Source of the DNA: Pempheris klunzingeri
Taxonomy: Eukaryota
DNA: 64,000 nt
Assembly (NCBI RefSeq): GCF_042242105.1
Contig: NC_092012.1
Span: 26,102,001-26,166,000 of the forward strand
Direction: 5' to 3'
Below are positions 52,471 through 64,000 of this stretch, piece after piece. The number at the start of each line of letters is the position of its first letter. The first letter of the stretch is position 1. The translations under genes were made by a program, and so were the position numbers. Below the pieces are notes generated by a model. That model made no database searches and had not been told where the DNA came from. It saw only the letters and a list, made by a program, of their open reading frames with translations.

Positions 52471-53237
52471 TGTGAGTGTGTGTGTGTGTGTGTGAGTGTG
52501 TGTGTGTGTGTGTGAGTGTGAGTGTGTGTGTGAGTGAGTGAGTGAGTGTGACTGATTCACATTCTTCGACCAGCACAATTTGAAGTTGAGGGATGTACAT
52601 ATGAACAATCTGATTAAATTTATTTTGAAAAACACAGGGCTTTTATTTTGAAAATTGGACTCTGGCAGAGTTCCTGTGACTGTTGTGAGTCAACACATGT
52701 AGTTGTTTGTATGTATGTATGTGTGAGTGAGTGAGTGTGTGTGTGAGGGAGTGTGTGTGAGTGAGTGAGTGTGTGTGTGAGTGACTGTGAGTGTGTGTGA
52801 GTGAGTGAGTGTGAGTGAGTGAGTGTGTGAGAGAGTGAGTGTGAGTGAGTGTGTGAGTGAGTGAGTGAGTGAGTGAGTGTGTGTGTGAGTGAGTGAGTGT
52901 GAGTGTGAGTGTTAGTGTGTGTGAGTGAGTGAGTGTGTGAGTGACTGTGAGTGTGAGTGTGTGTGTGAGTGAGTGAGTGTGACTGATTCACATTCTTCGA
53001 CCAGCACAATTTGAAGTTGAGGGATGTACATATGAACAATCTGATTAAATTTATTTTTAAAAACACAGGGCTTTTATTTTGAAAATTGGACTCTGGCAGA
53101 GTTCCTGTGACTGTTGTGAGTCAACACATGTAGTTGTTTGTATGTATGTATGTCTGTGTGAGTGAGTGAGTGTGTGTGTGTGTGTGTGAGTGAGTGAGTG
53201 AGTGAGTGAGTGAGTGAGTGAGTGAGTGAGTGAGTGA

Positions 53238-53284
<47 letters not shown>

Positions 53285-54103
53285 TGTGAGTGTGAGTGTG
53301 TGTGTGTGAGTGTGTGTGTGTGTGTGTGAGTGTGAGTGTGTGTGTGAGTGAGTGAGTGAGTGTGACTGATTCACATTCTTCGACCAGCACAATTTGAAGT
53401 TGAGGGATGTACATATGAACAATCTGATTAAATTTATTTTGAAAAACACAGGGCTTTTATTTTGAAAATTGGACTCTGGCAGAGTTCCTGTGACTGTTGT
53501 GAGTCAACACATGTAGTTGTTTGTATGTATGTATGTGTGAGTGAGTGAGTGTGTGTGTGTGTGAGTGAGTGAGTGAGTGAGTGAGTGTGTGTGTGTGTGT
53601 ATGTGTGTGTGTGTGTGTGAGTGTGAGTGTGAGTGTGTGTGTGTGTGTGTGTGTGAGTGTGTGTGTGTGTGTGTGTGAGTGAGTGTGAGTGTGTGTGTGT
53701 GTGTGAGTGAGTGTGAGTGAGTGAGTGAGTGAGTGAGTGAGTGAGTGTGTGTGAGTGAGTGAGTGAGTGAGTGAGTGAGAGTGTGTGAGGGAGTGAGGGA
53801 GTGTGTGTGTGAGGGAGTGTGTGTGTGTGAGTGAGTGAGTGACTGTGAGTGTTTGTGAGTGAGTGAGTGTGTGTGTGTGAGTGACTGTGAGTGTGTGTGA
53901 GTGAGTGAGTGAGTGTGAGTGAGTGTGTGTGCTGGTCTTCGACCAGCACAAATTGAAGTTGAGGGATGTACAGATGAACAATCTGATGAAATTTATTTTG
54001 AAAAACACAGGGCTTTTATTTTGAAAATCGGACTCTGGCAGAGTCCCTGTGACTGTTGTGAGTCAACACATGTAGTTGTTTGTATGTATGTATGTCTCTG
54101 TGA

Positions 54104-54162
<59 letters not shown>

Positions 54163-54523
54163 TGAGTGTGAGTGTGTGTGTGAGTGAGTGTGAGTGTGTG
54201 TGTGTGAGTGAGTGTGAGTGAGTGAGTGAGTGAGTGAGTGAGTGAGTGAGTGAGTGAGAGTGTGTGAGGGAGTGAGGTAGTGTGTGTGTGAGGGAGTGAG
54301 TGTGAGTGTGTGTGTGAGTGAGTGAGTGAGTGTGTGTGTGTGTGTGTGTGTGAGAGTGAGTGTGTGTGTGAGAGTGAGTGTGTGTGTGTGTGTGAGAGAG
54401 AGAGTGAGTGTGTGTGTGTGTGTGAGTGTGTGTGTGAGAGAGAGAGAGTGTGTGTGTTTGTGAGTGTGTGTGTGTGTGTGTGAGTGAGTGTGTGTGTGTG
54501 TGTGAGAGTGAGTGTGTGTGAGA

Positions 54524-54554
<31 letters not shown>

Positions 54555-54583
54555 TTAGAGTGAGTGTGTGTGTGTGTGTGTGA

Positions 54584-54621
<38 letters not shown>

Positions 54622-55446
54622 CAGTTCAATTTGTTCAGTTCAAATCTCTGCTGGTCAAATTTCATCTATCACCTGATTCCCACCAACTGAGCATGCTCAG
54701 TGTCTCTGTGGGGCTCAGAGGTCACTCATCACCTGATGGTTGCTATGGTGATGTTGACTAATGAGCCACTCTGGGGAGACACAGCTCTTTTCATGGAGAT
54801 TTGAGCTGTGATATGCATCTGAAAATCAGGGTTTTACTTGAGTGTCAGAGCTTTGGCGTGTGAACCATTTGACAGAGGAGGGTCTGCTGAACACGTACGT
54901 GTAGTTTTGAGGTCTCTAACTTGTGAAATGAGAGAGCTGGAGCAGGTTAGAAAAGTGGTTGCGTCTGCCTCCCTCCTCAGATTTGAGCTGCCAGTTAACA
55001 TGGCACTTAATGCGGCAGTTAGTGTGACTTTCCGTCGCTTGGAGGCTCATGGAGGCGGCTGCGTGCGTTTCTGTGTGTCTGAAGTCACATCGTTGCGACC
55101 GGCCCGAGCAGTCCTACGTTTTTCTGTATAGATAGTGAGTCTGCGTGACACGCTGTGGGCATGAGAGCGAGTTTTTCACAAAATCTTCAGACGATTTTTC
55201 TGCTCCTCTCCACTCTAGCGATGACATCACCCACTCTAGCTCCTCATTGACTTTGTATGGAGCGATTGTTGGCACACGTTTTGCCGCGTTGCGCCAAAAC
55301 GTGCTTTTCGATTACTTGGAAAAGTCATAGCAACTCGACCGCCGCCGAGCCGCACGTTTTGGTGCGTTTTTTGTGCGTGTGGTGCGAAAGCTCTGGGAGG
55401 AGTAGCGCCGTGAAATTTTGCTACGGAAGAAGAAGAATAAGTCAAA
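47838..55446 (-). mobile_element. Family A element A8 (5' tip displaced, same internal deletion as A0)
   Basis: CTAG-hairpin at 47838; body from 54621 carries the CTAGCTCCTCATTGACTTTGTATGGAG junction; ends GTCAAA|CTAG. Confidence 0.72.
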
Positions 55447-59987
<4,541 letters not shown>

Positions 59988-60097
59988 TAAGTATGGAGAA
60001 TAATAATAGTGGGCCTTGCTTCGCAAGGCCCACTATTGTGCCCTATGCTTTGCATAGCTGGCACAATAGTGGGCCTTGCTTGCAAGCGGCCCCCTAA
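59988..60097 (-). repeat. One orphan family-A 5' tip (long form)
   Basis: TAAGTATGGAG...CCCCCTAA without a body. Confidence 0.85.
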
Positions 60098-61760
60098 CTA
60101 GAAAATTTCCCGCAGAAATTTTAGGCGGGGGCCGCCGTGGTGCGTGCGACGTCTGAGTGTGAGTGAGTGAGTGAGTGTGTGTGAGTGAGTGAGTGAGTGA
60201 GTGAGTGAGTGAGTGTGTGTGTGTGTGAGTGAGTGAGTGAGTGAGTGAGTGTGAGTGAGTGAGTGAGTGAGTGAGTGTGTGAGAGAGTGAGTGTGAGTGA
60301 GTGAGTGAGTGTGTGTGAGAGAGTGTGTGTGAGTGAGTGTGTGTGAGAGAGTGAGTGTGAGAGAGTGAGTGTGAGAGAGTGAGTGTGTGAGAGAGTGAGT
60401 GAGTGAGTGAGTGAGTGAGTGAGTGCGTGTGAGTGTGTGTGTGAGTGAGTGACTGTGAGTGTGTGTAAGTGAGTGAGTGAGTGTGAGTGAGTGTGTGTGC
60501 TGGTCTTTGACCAGCACAAATTGAAGTTGAGGGATATACAGATGAACAATCTGATGAAATTTATTTTGAAAACCACAGGGCTTTTATTTTGAAAATCGGA
60601 CTCTGGCAGAGTCCCTGTGACTGTTGTGAGTCAACACATGTAGTTGTTTGTATGTATGTATGTCTGTGTGAGTGAGTGTGTGAGTGAGTGTGTGTGTGTG
60701 TGAGTGAGTGTGTGTGTGTGTGTATGTGTGAGTGAGTGTGAGTGTGTGTGTGTGTGTGTGTGAGTGAGTGAGTGAGTGAGTGTGTGTGTGAGGGAGTGAG
60801 TGTGTGAGAGAGTGAGTGTGAGTGAGTGAGTCTTCAACCAGCACAAATTGAAGTTGAAGGATGTACAGATGAACAATCTGAGGAAATTTGTTTTGAAAAT
60901 TACAGGGCTTTTATTTTGAAAAGGTCACAGTGAGTCCAGTTGATTCAATTTGTGCTGGTCTTTGAACAGCACAAGTTGAAGTTGAGGGATGTACAGATGA
61001 ACAATCTGATGAAATTAATTTTGAAAAACACAGGGCTTTTATTTTGAAAATCGGACTCCGGCAGAGTTCCTGTGACTGTTGTGTCTGTTTACGGGCACAC
61101 TAATGTCCCTGCAATGTCTGTTAAAGCACTAATGTCCCCGCAATGTCTGTTTACGAGGGCACTAATGTCCCCGCAATGTCTGTTTACGGGCACACTAATG
61201 TCCCCGCAATGTCCATTAGCGCACTAATGTCCCCGCAATGTCTGTTTACGAGCGCACTAATGTCCCCGCAATGTCTGTTTACGGGCACACTAATGTCCCC
61301 GCAATGTCTGTTAGCACACTAATGTCCCCGCAATGTCTGTTAGCACACTAATGTCCCCGCAATGTCTATTTACGGGCGCACTAATGTCCCCGCAATGTCC
61401 ATTAGCGCACTAATGTCCCCGCAATGTCTGTTTACGATCGCACTAATGTCCCCGCAATGTCTGTTTACGGGCACACTAATGTCCCCGCAATGTTTGTTAG
61501 CACACTAATGTCCCCGCAATGTCTGTTAGCGCACTAATGTCCCCGCAATGTTGTTAGCGCACTAATGTCCCCGCAATGTCTGTTTACGGGCGCACTAATG
61601 TCCCCGCAATGTTGTTAGCGCACTAATGTCCCGGCAATGTCTGTTTGCATTAATGTGTGTGTCTGTGTGTGTGTGTGTCTGTGTGTGTGTGTGTGTGTGT
61701 GTGAGTGTGAGTGTGTGAGTGTGTGTGAGAGTGAGTGTGTGTGTGTGTGTGTGAGAGAGA

Positions 61761-61807
<47 letters not shown>

Positions 61808-61816
61808 TGTGTGTGA

Positions 61817-61855
<39 letters not shown>

Positions 61856-62290
61856 TGTGTGAGTGTGTGTGAGAGTGAGTGTGTGTGTGTGTGTGTGTGT
61901 GTGAGGGAGTGTGTGTGTGTGAGTGAGTGAGTGAGTGTGTGTGTGTGAGTGACTGAGTGTGTGTGAGTGAGTGAGTGAGTGTGTGTGTGTGAGGGAGTGT
62001 GTGTGAGTGAGTGAGTGTGTGTGTGAGTGACTGAGTGTGTGTGAGTGAGTGAGTGAGTGTGAGTGACTGAGTGTGTGAGAGAGTGTGTGAGTGAGTGATT
62101 GTGTGTGTGTGTGAGAGTGAGTGTGTGTGTGAGAGAGTGAGTGTGTCTGTGTGTGTGTGTGAGAGAGAGTGAGTGTGTGTGTGTGTGTGTGAGAGAGAGA
62201 GTGTGTGTGTTTGTGAGTGTGAGTGTGTGTGTGTGTGTGTGAGTGTGTGAGTGTGTGTGAGAGTGAGTGTGTGTGTGTGTGTGTGTTAGA

Positions 62291-62322
<32 letters not shown>

Positions 62323-62336
62323 GTGAGTGAGTGAGT

Positions 62337-62371
<35 letters not shown>

Positions 62372-62642
62372 TGAATGTGAGTGTGTGTGAGTGAGTGAGT
62401 GTGTGTGTGTGTGTGTGAGTGAGTGAGTGAGTGTGAGTGAGTGAGTGAGTGTGAGTGTTTTGAAGTTGAAGGATGTACAGATGAACAATCTGAGGAAATT
62501 TATTTTGAAAAACACAGGGCTTTTATTTTGAAAATCGGACTCTGGCAGAGTTCCTGTGACTGTTGTGAGTCAACACATGTAGTTGTTTGTATGTATGTAT
62601 GTCTGTGTGAGTGAGTGTGTGACTGAGTGTGTGTATGAGTGA

Positions 62643-62674
<32 letters not shown>

Positions 62675-62698
62675 GAGTGAGTGTGTGTGTGTGAGAGA

Positions 62699-62739
<41 letters not shown>

Positions 62740-62742
62740 TGA

Positions 62743-62775
<33 letters not shown>

Positions 62776-62902
62776 TGTGTGTGTGTTTGTGAGTGTGAGT
62801 GTGTGTGTGTGTGTGTGAGTGTGTGAGTGTGTGTGAGAGTGAGTGTGTGTGTGTGTGTGTGTTAGAGTGAGTGAGTGTGTGTGTGTGTGTGTGTGTGAGT
62901 GA

Positions 62903-62937
<35 letters not shown>

Positions 62938-62960
62938 AGTGAGTGTGTGTATGTGTGTGA

Positions 62961-62999
<39 letters not shown>

Positions 63000-64000
63000 T
63001 GTGTGTGAGACAGTTCAATTTGTTCAGTTCAAATCTCTGCTGGTCAAATTTCATCTATCACCTGATTCCCACCAACTGAGCATGCTCAGTGTCTCTGTGG
63101 GGCTCAGAGGTCACTCATCACCTGATGGTTGCTATGGTGATGTTGCCTAATGAGCCACTCTGGGGAGACACAGCTCTTTTCATGGAGATTTGAGCTGTGA
63201 TATGCCTCTGAAAATGAGGGTTTTACTTGAGTGTCAGAGCTTTGGCGTGTGAACCATTTGACAGAGGAGGGTCTGCTGAACACGTACGTGTAGTTTTGAG
63301 GTCTCTAACTTGTGAAATGAGAGAGCTGGAGCAGGTTAGAAAAGTGGTTGCGTCTGCCTCCCTCCTCAGATTTGAGCTGCCAGTTAACATGGCACTTAAT
63401 GCGGCAGTTAGTGTGACTTTCCGTCGCTTGGAGGCTCATGGAGGCGGCTGCGTGCGTTTCTGTGTGTCTGAAGTCACATCGTTGCGACCGGCCCGAGCAG
63501 TCCTACGTTTTTCTGTATAGATAGTGAGTCTGCGTGACACGCTGTGGGCATGAGAGCGAGTTTTTCACAAAATCTTCAGACGATTTTTCTGCTCCTCTCC
63601 ACTCTAGCGATGACATCACCCACTCTAGCCCCGAACATTCCACCACACACACACTAATGTTAAATCTGAAAACGGAGCGAAAAACTTTTTTTTTTTGAAC
63701 GGCGACCGTGGTGAAACGGTGAATGCTACGACCGGGGTTGAATGATGTACTGACAGAGGTCGAGATGATGAACGTTTTACAGGTTGAATGGAGTTTCTGG
63801 CTGAACGTATGAGGGAGCTGTGAGGGCTTGAAGTTTGATGAAGAAATGCGGCTCTTGAAAATTTTTCCCATTCATTTTCTATGGCAAATTTGGCGCACGT
63901 TTTGCCGCGTTGCGCCAAAACGTGCTTTTCGATTACTTGGAAAAGTCATAGCAACTCGACCGCCACCGAGCCGCACGTTTTGGTGCGTTTTTTGTGTGTG
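60098..64000 (-). mobile_element. Family A element A10 (A9 subtype, cut by window edge)
   Basis: CTAG-hairpin at 60098; same module and minisatellite order as A9; body from 63010. Confidence 0.75.
61082..61655. repeat. 26/30-bp minisatellite
   Basis: As 56464-57100, minus two units near the start. Confidence 0.95.

Overview
Eukaryotic, essentially non-coding window, probably from a teleost fish (inferred from repeat style only). About 1.9 kb of non-array sequence (a ~320-bp foldback element and a few minus-strand splice-site-bounded candidate exons) is followed by a ~62-kb array that runs off the right edge. The array looks like a (TG)n/(TGAG)n desert but resolves into 13 co-oriented non-autonomous elements: 11 of family A and 2 of family B. 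On the minus strand each has a 5' subterminal inverted repeat folded into a hairpin, internal tandem repeats and microsatellites, and a 3' subTIR plus stem-loop plus CTAG, joined through TT. This matches Helentron/Helitron2-type (DINE-1/HINE-like) rolling-circle elements; the classification rests on structure alone, since no Rep/helicase ORF is present. The main finding is that all 12 visible termini fit one rule: insertion at a fixed site ~50-110 bp inside the 5' end of a resident family-A copy. This gives a nested, self-targeting array with stacks of displaced 5' tips. No protein-coding gene is supported; the long His/Thr/Ser/Leu ORFs are microsatellite artefacts.
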